From the NCBI GenBank assembly GCA_016124755.1, contig WGNA01000031.1, forward strand, positions 1 through 64,000: a DNA stretch of 64,000 nucleotides. The letters are read 5' to 3'. The notes under the pieces were generated by a model. The model saw only the letters and a list, made by a program, of their open reading frames with translations, did no database searches and had not been told where the DNA came from. Numbering within the stretch: position 1 is the first letter of the stretch; each line of letters begins with the position of its first letter. The translations under genes were made by a program, and so were the position numbers. Of this stretch, positions 7,947-18,214 are shown in pieces. The stretch comes from Bacteroidota bacterium. Its GTDB lineage: Bacteria; Bacteroidota; Bacteroidia; NS11-12g; UBA9320.

Positions 7947-10206
7947 CGTTCTGCTTTTTGAGTTCTAACAATGATGCGTAAAATGGGATGATGAGCTGAG
8001 CACGTTTTTGGTCCCATCTCGTATCATCAGGTTCTGTTACACCGGATTGAATCTGTTGGAGTTTCAACGCTAACTGGCGCTTTTCTGCCGGAGAATAGGT
8101 CGAAACGGTTCTTCGTAATAATGGAATGATTTCCTGAAAAATTTGGTCGTTGAGGCCAATCAACCAGCGACTGATGATGTTTCTGATTACATCGTCGTAC
8201 AGTAAAATTGATGCACCGTCCATCAGAAATCCTTCAATCCAGGCAGCGGATGCCGAAGGTGGATTTGCAAGAGATAACGATCTGCCGAAAACGGATGCCG
8301 TTTCTTCTTCATCAAATTGATTTCGGTCGTAAAGGATCTTACAGCAGATGCCGTTCACCATTGGAGCACTCTGTTCAGAATCCGCAACTTTCTGAATGGT
8401 AGTAAACCAATCATCCGAAAATTCTTCCTCTTCCAACAACAAAACCGCATCGTGAACCTCGCGGATTCGGTTAGTGAGATTTAAGGCCTCTTCTTCATTA
8501 ATACCGTTGGGAGCATACTCCAGCCCCGGCAAAATCCGGTAAAAAACAGAACGCACAATAGAACTGATCATTACCAGATCCGTGTTTCGCACATTCCCGT
8601 ACCGTTTTATTCGAACCAATGGGGCAAAAGCTGCCATCAAAGCCGGAATATCTGACGACGATGCCGACAAATCATCGAGTCGTTGAAGCGCTGTTTCAAT
8701 TCCGGTTGTTAATTCAGTTGGAATCGCGTCTTCGATTAATGAACTGATTTCTGAAATGCTGTTGCAGTTCCCGGCGAGATGAATTAAAAATTGATTAGCC
8801 GCCAATTCAATAGTATTCCCCCAAATGGCTTTTTCAATTAATTCAATCACCATTTCCGGATCCCATTGAAGTGTCCATTCTTCTTTAAAAGTTCCTTTAC
8901 CGCGGCTGAATGCTTCATAAGCCCACTGAATTTTCAGAATCTTCAGCCGGTGGAATAGAATGCTTTTTTGGAGATCCGTTTCTTTTCGCAAATCAAGCGT
9001 AATGGATTTCGGAGTTTCCGACAGCTTTAACCGAAGTGATTTTACCGATTTTTCAAAATCCCGGTAAATGGGTGCCTGCGGTGTTCCTTCCGGTATTTCA
9101 CCGATCACAGAACCAACAATAAGATCGCGCCAGATGAGCTTCATCAGAACATCGTCACCCATGCACATCACGGCTATAGTGGATTCGATGTGCTCGTTAA
9201 GTCCCGGTTTGTTGTAATTGCGCAAAGCGGCCAGTGCATTCGACAACTTCACACTTTCAATTATGTGAGCTGATGAAACATCCGTTGCATTTTCGCGGAA
9301 CACAGCGGCCGTTTTGGAAAGCCAGTATGTTCCGTCATCATCCAGCATTTGCCACAGATAACGGTACCAGCCCGGAGACCGCACTCCCGCTCCGTACCCT
9401 GTGTGAAACGACATTCGGGTGTAGGTCCACGGAACCCAGGTCATTTCAATTTTCGTTTTCGGCAAACCCTTTAACAGGGAATTATCCCCTTTAAATTTTT
9501 TACTATCGGTTAATGCGGGAACGTGCCATGCTCCGCACACAACTACAATATTTTGGAATCCTTCCTTTTCGGTACTTTTCAGAATTTTCCGCATCCAGGC
9601 TTCCCGTAACGCATCGATTTTTTGCACATCCGGAAATTCCTCTCGCAATGCAGATATTACTTCAGTGATTCCATCAAAAACTTCCAGAGCTGTTTCTGCC
9701 CTTTCTACCTGATGTTCCCACCACAGATCTCCATCATCGAAACCGGTTAGCTTCGCCAGATATCCAAATGGATCCTCCTTAACCTGCTCTGAATCCTTAT
9801 CGTCTATCGTGTATCCTTCTATTTCCTGATCCGTTACCGTTACTGTTACTGTTACCGTTTCAGTTACCGTTTCAGTTACCGTCCCCGTCCCCGCCAACGC
9901 ATGATGCAACGGCAAATCCATGAACCGCACAGGAATATCTTTTTCCTGTGCGAACCGAATCGCATTCCACTCCGGAGAGTATTCTGTAAAAGGGTAGAAA
10001 TGTGCGTTTTTCGGATTATCAGTGGCATACGCCAGCATCGCAACCGGAGGCTTCATATTCGCATGGCTGAACCATTTGAGGAGGGTATCGCCTTCTGGCG
10101 GACCTTCAACCAGAATCACATCGGGATGTAATTCTTCCAACACATGTAAAACGTGTCTTGATGAACCAGGGCCATGGTGTCGGATACCTAAAACGTGAAC
10201 CGGCAT
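7939..10206 (-). CDS. DUF5682-like large protein of the MoxR/VWA cassette
   Basis: 755 aa. The N-terminus MPVHVLGIRHHGPGSSRHV is as I recall for DUF5682-family proteins. It contains an in-frame low-complexity TVTETVTETVTVTVTVT tract. Confidence 0.6.
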   Translation of the reverse strand: MPVHVLGIRHHGPGSSRHVLHVLEELHPDVILVEGPPEGDTLLKWFSHANMKPPVAMLAYATDNPKNAHFYPFTEYSPEWNAIRFAQEKDIPVRFMDLPLHHALAGTGTVTETVTETVTVTVTVTDQEIEGYTIDDKDSEQVKEDPFGYLAKLTGFDDGDLWWEHQVERAETALEVFDGITEVISALREEFPDVQKIDALREAWMRKILKSTEKEGFQNIVVVCGAWHVPALTDSKKFKGDNSLLKGLPKTKIEMTWVPWTYTRMSFHTGYGAGVRSPGWYRYLWQMLDDDGTYWLSKTAAVFRENATDVSSAHIIESVKLSNALAALRNYNKPGLNEHIESTIAVMCMGDDVLMKLIWRDLIVGSVIGEIPEGTPQAPIYRDFEKSVKSLRLKLSETPKSITLDLRKETDLQKSILFHRLKILKIQWAYEAFSRGKGTFKEEWTLQWDPEMVIELIEKAIWGNTIELAANQFLIHLAGNCNSISEISSLIEDAIPTELTTGIETALQRLDDLSASSSDIPALMAAFAPLVRIKRYGNVRNTDLVMISSIVRSVFYRILPGLEYAPNGINEEEALNLTNRIREVHDAVLLLEEEEFSDDWFTTIQKVADSEQSAPMVNGICCKILYDRNQFDEEETASVFGRSLSLANPPSASAAWIEGFLMDGASILLYDDVIRNIISRWLIGLNDQIFQEIIPLLRRTVSTYSPAEKRQLALKLQQIQSGVTEPDDTRWDQKRAQLIIPFYASLLELKKQNDE

Positions 10207-10212
10207 AAAGTT

Positions 10213-11295
10213 TTAAATCAAATCACGACAAGAGCGATACACATCTTTCCAGCCATCCCTGCTTTTCATAACGGTATCCATATATTCCTGAAAAACCACT
10301 TTATCCTGCACCGGATCTTTAACAATGGTTCCGATGATACCGCTTGCCAGATCATCTGCCTGAAGTTTACCGTCTCCAAAATGTTGTGATAATGCGAGCC
10401 CACTGTTCATAACCGAAATAGCCTCTGCGGTTGAAAGAGTGCCGCCGGGAGATTTCAGCTTGGTTTTTCCGTCGATGGTAACACCGTTCCGGAGTTCGCG
10501 GAAAATGGTTACAACTCTTTTTATTTCTTCTGTAAAAGATTTATCGGGTGTGAATTCGGAGGTTTTCAGAAATCCTGTAACACGCTGCCGGACAATTTCC
10601 ACTTCTTCTTCAATGGTGGCCGGAACTGGAAGAATTACCGTATTAAATCTTCTTTTTAATGCACTGGATAAGTCATTAACCCCTTTATCGCGGTTGTTGG
10701 CAGTTGCAATAACATTAAAACCTCTCGTTGCCTGCACTTGTGTGTTGAGTTCGGGAACCGGCAGCATTTTTTCGGAAAGAATGGTAATCAACGAATCCTG
10801 AACATCTGAACCGATACGGGTTAATTCCTCTACCCGAACAATTTTTCCATGTTTCATGGCTCGCATTACCGGTGTTTCAACCAATGCCCGTTCCGAGGGA
10901 CCTTCCGATAAAAGCAAAGCGTAATTCCATCCGTACCGAACCGCTTCTTCGCTGGTTCCGGCTGTTCCCTGAACCAAAAGTCCGGAGTCGCCGGTGATCG
11001 CTGCTGTTATGTGCTCCGACACCCATGACTTTGCAGTACCGGGAAGTCCGTACAGTAACAAAGCCCGGTCGGTTGTGAGGGTTGCAATGGCAATCTCCAT
11101 GAGTCTTTTATTACCGATGTATTTGGGCGTTATCTCAAATCCGCTTTTTAGTTTTCCTCCCATCAAATACGTTAGAACCGAAGAAGGTGACATCTGCCAG
11201 CCTTCCGGTTTTTTCCCGGAATCCGATTCTTTAATGGCATTTAATTCAGCTTCGAATTCCTTTTCTGCGGGTAGTCGTAATATGTTTTCAGACAT
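10213..11295 (-). CDS. MoxR-family AAA+ ATPase
   Basis: Walker A LLYGLPGTAKS, Walker B/sensor IVRVEEL...ATANNRD, and arginine finger SALKRRF. 360 aa. Confidence 0.85.
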   Translation of the reverse strand: MSENILRLPAEKEFEAELNAIKESDSGKKPEGWQMSPSSVLTYLMGGKLKSGFEITPKYIGNKRLMEIAIATLTTDRALLLYGLPGTAKSWVSEHITAAITGDSGLLVQGTAGTSEEAVRYGWNYALLLSEGPSERALVETPVMRAMKHGKIVRVEELTRIGSDVQDSLITILSEKMLPVPELNTQVQATRGFNVIATANNRDKGVNDLSSALKRRFNTVILPVPATIEEEVEIVRQRVTGFLKTSEFTPDKSFTEEIKRVVTIFRELRNGVTIDGKTKLKSPGGTLSTAEAISVMNSGLALSQHFGDGKLQADDLASGIIGTIVKDPVQDKVVFQEYMDTVMKSRDGWKDVYRSCRDLI

Positions 11296-11300
11296 AATAA

Positions 11301-12794
11301 TTAATTGAGAAGATTATTTGAATTGAGTTGCTTTTTAAGATTAATGATATCCAGCATTTCGTCTAAGCGTTTTATCCAGAAATGATTTTCCAATTTGGTG
11401 AATTCAGTTTTGTAGGATTCTAACATTCCTGTAATGGAAACCGGCAAATAGAGCGAGAGTTCACGGATTTTCGGGCTATCTACATTGTACGGATGTTCCA
11501 GTAATTGATTAAAAATAATTTCAGAAACACCCGGATCTATTACCGTATATTCACCATCTGTAAACTGATCTATTAATTCATTTATCTGCATGGATCTGGC
11601 TAGTTTCTGAGCCAGTTCTTTCTTTTCATAAACTGAGAAAAACGAAATCATTTCGCTACTTATCAAAACCTTTTCAGATTCGATCAGCGCTTTAGCCCAT
11701 TTTTTATTTTTAAAATGAGTTGCACTCATGGCGGCAAAAGGAGCCAGAAAATCAACATTCTCATGGCTTAATAATAGTTGAATTAACTCATACTCGGAAA
11801 TGCCGAGTGTTTGGGAAATTAATTCAGGATTTGTTAGGCCAATGATTTGACCGGCGATAAATACCGCATCTGTTAATTGCTTTATGTTCGATGTTTCCTC
11901 AACTCCGGCGTCGAGTAATATTTTTTCCGGTTTGCCGGGAAAAGCAAAATGGATAACCTTTTTCTTTTTAATTAACATTACCCGTTGCTCATCAATCTGA
12001 ATGGCTTTTTTTAAATAATTTAGACACGCTTTCGATATATCGGAGCCGGGAATAAAACACAAAGCGCGATATGCTGCATTACGTACTTTAATACTCCGAT
12101 CGGATAAACAGGATTCAAAAAATGGCTGATCATCAGAATTAATTTTCTGGCTCAGGGCATCAACTAAAAACTCCCGCATATCGGCGTTTTCGGCAGAAAA
12201 ACTTTCTGATAAAATGAGTCGTGCAGTGTTTGGGTCGTTCTTTAGTAATGATTTAAACCATTGTTTTCGAATCGCCGGAGAGCCGGTTTCCCAAATATTT
12301 TCATCCGAATCAGAAATACTTGATTTATTCGCCCAATCCGGATTAATACTTCGCAGCCATTTCCCGGTTTCGCCCTCGACATCCGACAATAATTGCGGAT
12401 CTATTTTATTTCTTTGATTAAAGTACATAAGATCTGAAACCAAAAATCCGGGTACAATTATTCCTCGTTTTCTGAAATTCGTCAAAAGATAAGAAACGAG
12501 GACGGCGTCTGATTCCTGAAGATATTTTTTGAAGTAATGCGTTATTTCAGCAGGGGCAATGGGTTTTGTCTCGTTTGGACAAACCGGGAATTCGCCTTTA
12601 ATTTCAACTCCGTTAAATCCGGCTTCGTTGATGGCAAATACAAGTGCAATGGATTTCAGAAACGCGTCTTCTGTATCGCTTTCATTTTCTGCGACAATCT
12701 GCAATAATTCCTTTGGTAAATCAAGTATACTCCCTCCGGCTCTGCTGGTTCCGAGAGTGGCGGTTTTGGTAATATTTGTTGTGTTAATTTTCAA
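11301..12794 (-). CDS. alpha-helical protein (DUF5691-like) of the MoxR/VWA cassette
   Basis: 497 aa with no catalytic motifs. Its position between the SWIM and MoxR genes matches the recurrent annotated neighbourhood. Confidence 0.45.
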   Translation of the reverse strand: MKINTTNITKTATLGTSRAGGSILDLPKELLQIVAENESDTEDAFLKSIALVFAINEAGFNGVEIKGEFPVCPNETKPIAPAEITHYFKKYLQESDAVLVSYLLTNFRKRGIIVPGFLVSDLMYFNQRNKIDPQLLSDVEGETGKWLRSINPDWANKSSISDSDENIWETGSPAIRKQWFKSLLKNDPNTARLILSESFSAENADMREFLVDALSQKINSDDQPFFESCLSDRSIKVRNAAYRALCFIPGSDISKACLNYLKKAIQIDEQRVMLIKKKKVIHFAFPGKPEKILLDAGVEETSNIKQLTDAVFIAGQIIGLTNPELISQTLGISEYELIQLLLSHENVDFLAPFAAMSATHFKNKKWAKALIESEKVLISSEMISFFSVYEKKELAQKLARSMQINELIDQFTDGEYTVIDPGVSEIIFNQLLEHPYNVDSPKIRELSLYLPVSITGMLESYKTEFTKLENHFWIKRLDEMLDIINLKKQLNSNNLLN

Positions 12795-14095
12795 AAGGAA
12801 TAATAAATTGAATTAAACCAAATCCCCAGAATCATGAATGTAGTTCTGTGAATACAGCCAAAAATGCTTGTTGGCTTGCCACCAGTTATTGATAATGCCT
12901 TCATAATTTCCAATTCCGGATTTATTAATTCAAGCCCAATATTATCGCTGTCCTTTAGCATCCATTTCTGATTGTGCCGAACAACGGAGACTGCTGAAAA
13001 AACAACCGGGAATTCGTTCCCGAAGGGTTGATTAATCCGGTAAGCTGTTTTCGCATCTAAAGCTAGGGTAATGCCGGAAAAACCGGATATGACGGTACAT
13101 CCGGATGAGGTTTTTCGTAAAGCGGAAGGAATAGCCCGGAGGTTTTGTTTGCCGGGATAAAAATGGACATCCGCCTCGATTGTGGTATTGGCGAGATAAT
13201 GTGTTTCCATGATTTGTCCGGGTGCAAAGAATTGAAGTAGTTGAGCGAACCGTTTATCTTGTTCACTATACATCCAGATTTTTTCCATCGTGAGTCGGTC
13301 CATCTCTGATTGCTGACAGGAAAGAACCATCCAGTTTCCTGTAATTGCATCCGTTTTTAATACTTCTTCTTTTGTGATATTCCAGCCGATCCACTGTTCG
13401 AGATCGCTGTGGCGTTCTTCATCCAGTACGTTTCGGTTTACATACGTTTCACTTAGCAGGTAAAGCGATGATGCCTGATACATTAATTCTTCCGGCCAGC
13501 TTTGTTGGCTGAAATCTATTTCATTGAATTGCCTGAGTCGGTTTGCTAATCCGCCAGCCTGAGCATCAACCATTCGGGAAATAATATTTGCATTAAACTG
13601 AAACCGGTTTTGTGGAATGGAAACGATGCCATTTCGAACGAGATCTTTCAACCAAAGTTGAAGTTCTTCGATACCGTTTCTGACTTTTTCTTCCCGTGAT
13701 TCAATTCGCTTTGCTTTGGCCTCTGGATCCACGGATTTTGATTCCGATGATTCCTTTTTTTCGGCACGTGAGTTTCGTTTATCGAGCCATTCCTGAACAT
13801 CTTCAGGATTTGGATTCTGGGTAAATTCTGATGTGTTTCGGAGTTGAAGGATCAGAATGGAGAGTCCGTGTTTACAGGGAAATTTTCGACTTGGGCACGA
13901 ACATTTAAAGGCGATGTTACCAAGATCAACCATTACCCGATACGGAAGTTTCCCGCTACCTTTACAATTTCCCCAGAGAGCGTTTTCACTTCTGCCCGTA
14001 TCAGACCAATTCGAAACAACCGCTAATTTCTCCCCGGCTTTCACAGAGGCTTCATCAGGGGCAAGTCGTGTTATTTCGTCGAGACTAAAAGACAT
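12791..14095 (-). CDS. SWIM zinc-finger protein
   Basis: CSCPSRKFPCKHGLSILI gives a CxCx(n)CxH SWIM signature. The probable start is MSFSLDEI at 14093-14095; the longer ORF up to 14200 is less likely. There is a 4-nt ATGA overlap with the downstream gene. Confidence 0.7.
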   Translation of the reverse strand: MSFSLDEITRLAPDEASVKAGEKLAVVSNWSDTGRSENALWGNCKGSGKLPYRVMVDLGNIAFKCSCPSRKFPCKHGLSILILQLRNTSEFTQNPNPEDVQEWLDKRNSRAEKKESSESKSVDPEAKAKRIESREEKVRNGIEELQLWLKDLVRNGIVSIPQNRFQFNANIISRMVDAQAGGLANRLRQFNEIDFSQQSWPEELMYQASSLYLLSETYVNRNVLDEERHSDLEQWIGWNITKEEVLKTDAITGNWMVLSCQQSEMDRLTMEKIWMYSEQDKRFAQLLQFFAPGQIMETHYLANTTIEADVHFYPGKQNLRAIPSALRKTSSGCTVISGFSGITLALDAKTAYRINQPFGNEFPVVFSAVSVVRHNQKWMLKDSDNIGLELINPELEIMKALSITGGKPTSIFGCIHRTTFMILGIWFNSIYYSF

Positions 14096-14304
14096 GGTAT
14101 CGGGGTAAAAATAAGAATTGAATTTCACGATTCTGAAAAGGAGCGAAAAACTTTTTATGCCCAATCGACAGTCGTTTTTGCGGGCATAATAATCAGACAA
14201 GCCTGCTGCATTTGTAATTTTTATTTTTAACTGTTGGGTCCAGACTTAACAAGAATGACCAAAGCGCGATTTGCAGAATTAATAAATCGCTACTTTCGAA
14301 ATAC

Positions 14305-14829
14305 TTGAAGAATGATATGAAAAGTAAAAGCGTAAAAGGTTGGATTATACTTTTTTTATTGGGTCTGATTTCATTTACTGTTTCTCCGGAACCATTTCAC
14401 AACCAGCAGGCAATCCGGCAGTTTCCTTCACCAGTTGGCTACGTTAATGACTTCGATTCAATATTTACTTTTAGCCAGAAATACGAACTGGACTCCATTT
14501 TACGACAGTTTGAAAAATTAACGACTAATGAATTTGCTATTGTTACAGTTGGAGATATTAATCCGTATGATTCACTTCAGCATTTTTCAGAAGATCTCGG
14601 TAATTTCTGGGGTGTTGGAAAAGAGGGAAAAGACAACGGATTGTTACTGGTGATCTGTTCGGGATGTCGCGGCGTATATCTGGAACCGGGACTTGGAACA
14701 CGCAGGACATTGCAGACAGCGCAATTGCAGGAAGTGATTAATTATACGATTGTTCCAAAATTTAAATCGGGGAAGTATTATGAGGGTACAAAAGCCGGTG
14801 TTTTGAAATGTATAGAGCTTTGGAAATAA
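14305..14829 (+). CDS. TPM (TLP18.3/Psb32/MOLO-1) domain protein, secreted
   Basis: Signal peptide. Motifs YVNDFDSIF, EFAIVTV and GVGKEGKDNGLLLVI. Confidence 0.65.
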   Translation: MKNDMKSKSVKGWIILFLLGLISFTVSPEPFHNQQAIRQFPSPVGYVNDFDSIFTFSQKYELDSILRQFEKLTTNEFAIVTVGDINPYDSLQHFSEDLGNFWGVGKEGKDNGLLLVICSGCRGVYLEPGLGTRRTLQTAQLQEVINYTIVPKFKSGKYYEGTKAGVLKCIELWK

Positions 14830-14840
14830 TTTGTTAAGAA

Positions 14841-15524
14841 ATGTTGAAAGATGACACCAGGAAATTTGTAACATACCAAAAATATAATTTTCCGGAAGAG
14901 GCAAGTCAGTTAATTGAGTTGCTTGAAGAGAATGAGATTACGTATGAATGGGAAAATACCTCGCCGACCTTTGACATAACTTTTTCGCTCAATACATCTC
15001 AAAATGAATTTCGGTTAAAAGTGAGAGCCGAAGACTTTTTGAAAATTGATGAGCTTTTAAAGGAAAGAGCACTTTCGAATTTGTCCGAAATTCCTGCGGA
15101 CTATTATCTCCGTGATTTTACAGATAAGGAACTTTTAGAATTGATTTCAAAAAAGGAGGAATGGTCTATCCAGGATGTAATTTGGGCACGGGAAATTTTG
15201 GAGAAAAGAGAAATTCCGATCAGTGATAAAATTGTTGAAACTCTTCAGGAAGTTCATGGAAGAGAATTGCGTGAACCGGAATCAGTGCCGGAAGGTGTAT
15301 TTCAAAGAAAGTTAATATTGGCTTTTTTCGGAAATCCGCTAAATATTTTGGAAGGATGGAGTTACTGGCAGGCATCTCAAACTGACCCATCGAGGCAGAC
15401 GGGAGAGAAGATGTATATTTATGATGCTAAAACCAGGGAATTGGGAAAGCGTTTGATGACCAGAAGTATATTCTTTTTATTTTTTTGGATGTTGGTTGTT
15501 CTTTATTGGTTGGTGCTTAATTGA
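14841..15524 (+). CDS. hypothetical protein with a C-terminal TM helix
   Basis: 227 aa. Hydrophobic C-terminus IFFLFFWMLVVLYWLVL. Coding potential is consistent. Confidence 0.5.
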   Translation: MLKDDTRKFVTYQKYNFPEEASQLIELLEENEITYEWENTSPTFDITFSLNTSQNEFRLKVRAEDFLKIDELLKERALSNLSEIPADYYLRDFTDKELLELISKKEEWSIQDVIWAREILEKREIPISDKIVETLQEVHGRELREPESVPEGVFQRKLILAFFGNPLNILEGWSYWQASQTDPSRQTGEKMYIYDAKTRELGKRLMTRSIFFLFFWMLVVLYWLVLN

Positions 15525-15544
15525 ATATTCGGATGGAGATTTTG

Positions 15545-16790
15545 GTAGGGCTGTGGCACCCTTGCTCGGATGAAAATTAATAGATTTGGAAATTTAAACA
15601 AACAAACGTGCAGAAAAATATACTTAATGTTGGATTGGAAATGCTGGGGTAAGAACCACCCCTCCCCGGATACAAGATAAGCGATTCCTGAATCGTAATC
15701 AAATATACGTGCAGAAATAAATGCTTAAAGTTGGTTCGAAAAAGCTGGGGCAATAGCCACCCCTCCCCGGATGAAAGTTCGGGATCTTTTATTGGATTGG
15801 CAAAAATTCGGATGATATTAAGTACTTATTTTCAATGAGATGTTTGTGTCTAAAAATGTGTGGATTGTTTCACGCAGAGACGCAGGAGAATGGGAAATAT
15901 GTTGTGAATGATTAGAGGCTATCTCAATACTTCTACGAATATTTGAATTGAAGGTGGGACACTATTTCCGCGGGGCAGTAGCTACCCCTCCCCGGATGAA
16001 AGTTACTCGATTAATTGGTCTGGAACAAATAAACGAGCTGAATTAAATGCTTAATGTTGTATAGAAAAGGTTTGGGTAAGAACCACCCCTCCCCGGATGA
16101 AAGTTCGGGAACTTTTATTGGATCGGCAAAAATTCGGATCATATTAAGTACTTATTTTCAATGAGATGTTTGTGTGTAAAAATGTGTGGATGGTTTCACG
16201 CAGAGAGGCAGGGGAATGGGTGAAATATGTTGTGAATGATTAGAGGCTATCTCAATACTTCTACGAATATTTGAATTGAAGGTGGGACACTATTTCTGCG
16301 GGGCAGTAGCTACCCCTCCCCGGATTAAAGTTACTCGATTAATTGGTCTGGAACAAATAAACGAGCTGAATTAAATGCTTAATGTTGTATAGAAAAGGTT
16401 TGGGTAAGAACCACCCCTCCCCGGATGAAAGTTCGGGATTCTTTGATTAGTTCCCAAATTAAAGAGCAGAAATAAGTGTTTATTTGATTTAAAGGTCAAT
16501 GAGTATTTCAAGTAGTTCACGCAGAAGCGCAGATCTTTGGTTCGTTTTGAATGCGAATATGCTATAGGAATATTCAGGTTTTGAAAATGCATCGATGGGA
16601 GTCGCGGAGAATGCGGTATGCCAGAAATCCAACCGATTATTCAAATGTTTGTTCTTGTAATTTCCGGCCGGGCAATAGCCACCCCTCCCCGAATGAAAGT
16701 TCGGGAATTGTTATCAAACATCAACTATCGGATACCCGGATAAGCACTTATTTTTGTTTGCACAACTTCAGTTCAGATGAAAGTTCAAAA
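15545..16790. repeat. mosaic intergenic repeat array, family A, cluster 2 (includes a ~340-bp near-identical tandem duplication)
   Basis: About 8 copies of the CCACCCCTCCCCGGATGAAAG core. The segment 15745-16085 is repeated almost exactly at 16085-16430. Confidence 0.8.
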
Positions 16791-16858
16791 CCAAATCGGC
16801 TACGGTAGTTGTACAGGAGACGGCCATTGAACATCCTTTTTAAACAACAACTGAGCAA

Positions 16859-17191
16859 ATGAACTTCTACGTGAATCAGCCGGAACCCAATCGAAGTTGT
16901 CTGCTCGCTTTGAAGGATTTAATTCTTCAATCGGACCCGGAAATGATCGAAACAATTAAATACGGAATGCCGTGTTTCTGTTTGGGTAAAAAAATAATAT
17001 GCTATTTGTGGACCGATAAAAAAACGCGTGAACCGTACATTCTTTTTGCGGATGGTAATAAAATGAAGCATCCCAAACTGGAAACCGGTGATCGTTTACG
17101 AATGAAAATTTATTGGGTAAATCCGAATGAAGATCTTCCTGTTGCGGAAATAAATGAAGTGTTGGTACTGGCAATAACCTTGGTGAGATAA
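16859..17191 (+). CDS. DUF1801 (YdhG-like) domain protein
   Basis: 110 aa with the pattern ...IKYGMPCFCLGKKIICYLW.... Confidence 0.55.
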   Translation: MNFYVNQPEPNRSCLLALKDLILQSDPEMIETIKYGMPCFCLGKKIICYLWTDKKTREPYILFADGNKMKHPKLETGDRLRMKIYWVNPNEDLPVAEINEVLVLAITLVR

Positions 17192-17201
17192 TAGAAATAG
17201 A

Positions 17202-18194
17202 ATGATCGGGAAAAACAATTCCAATACAAGATTGCGTTACCTGTTGGAGATGCTCGATAATTGTCCGAATGAAATACAGTCTCAGAGAATGAGATTAATC
17301 CTGATTCTATGTATTGTTCTTAATTCTAATATCCAGGCTCAGAATTATACAAAGTCAGATTCCGTACTACTTAATAATTATTACGACACAATTCCGCCTC
17401 AATCGGAATGGATGTGGGGTGAACAAGTAAACAGGGTAAATAAATATGGTTTTGTGGAGGGGAAACAAATTCGGTTTGATTCGAAAGGAAATTTAATAAC
17501 TATCACAATGTTTCCGGAGAAAGTACTTTATCAACAAGCAAATTATGTTTGGAAAGCAGAATTTGAAAATGATACTTTAGTGTTGATGAGTGATTCTTCC
17601 GGTTCCGAAATACGATGGTTTTCTAATGGAATTATAGAAGAAGCTATTACCCAATATCGCTGCGGGGATGATAAGTTCGTTTCAAAATATAAAGCCAATA
17701 TCAATGGATTAGTGACGGAAACATCTTTACTCCGATATTACTGGAAAGAAGATACCAGTATGTTTAATCATTGTTTTCGCAAATGCAGGTTTGTTTCCGA
17801 ATTAATATATTCTTTTAAATATTATAATAATGGAAATCCAAAATATTCATTTAATAACGATACCGCAATTTATTGGAATGAAAATCAAACCATTCGAACA
17901 AAGATGTATCCGGATGGTTCTGTAACCTTTAATGACGGAGGCAAAGTAATTGACAGGCAATTTACATGGTGGGAGCCGGGCGACAGTTGTTCGGAAGATG
18001 TTCAGGTAAAGATGGTGGTATCCTACGAATTAGAAGATGTTATTGATTTATATGTGTACAAGATGATACCGAATAAAAGAGCGGAATACTTCCGGTGGAA
18101 ATGGGATCAATCAGGTCGTCGGCTTGTATCGGCAAGTAACTGGGAAGGGGAATTGCCATGGAAAAGGTTTTCAGAATTTAATGATTTATACTAA
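17202..18194 (+). CDS. hypothetical secreted protein
   Basis: Probable signal peptide MRLILILCIVLNSNIQAQ (from an internal Met). 330 aa. Confidence 0.5.
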   Translation: MIGKNNSNTRLRYLLEMLDNCPNEIQSQRMRLILILCIVLNSNIQAQNYTKSDSVLLNNYYDTIPPQSEWMWGEQVNRVNKYGFVEGKQIRFDSKGNLITITMFPEKVLYQQANYVWKAEFENDTLVLMSDSSGSEIRWFSNGIIEEAITQYRCGDDKFVSKYKANINGLVTETSLLRYYWKEDTSMFNHCFRKCRFVSELIYSFKYYNNGNPKYSFNNDTAIYWNENQTIRTKMYPDGSVTFNDGGKVIDRQFTWWEPGDSCSEDVQVKMVVSYELEDVIDLYVYKMIPNKRAEYFRWKWDQSGRRLVSASNWEGELPWKRFSEFNDLY

Positions 18195-18214
18195 TATGTT
18201 TCTCCGGTTAATTA

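Noticed and set aside
12791-14200. SWIM gene start at 14200 (MSDYYARKNDCRL...)
   Set aside because: The 35-aa extension has no protein-like features. The Met at 14093-14095 (MSFSLDEITRL) is the more plausible start, so I kept the shorter model at moderate confidence.
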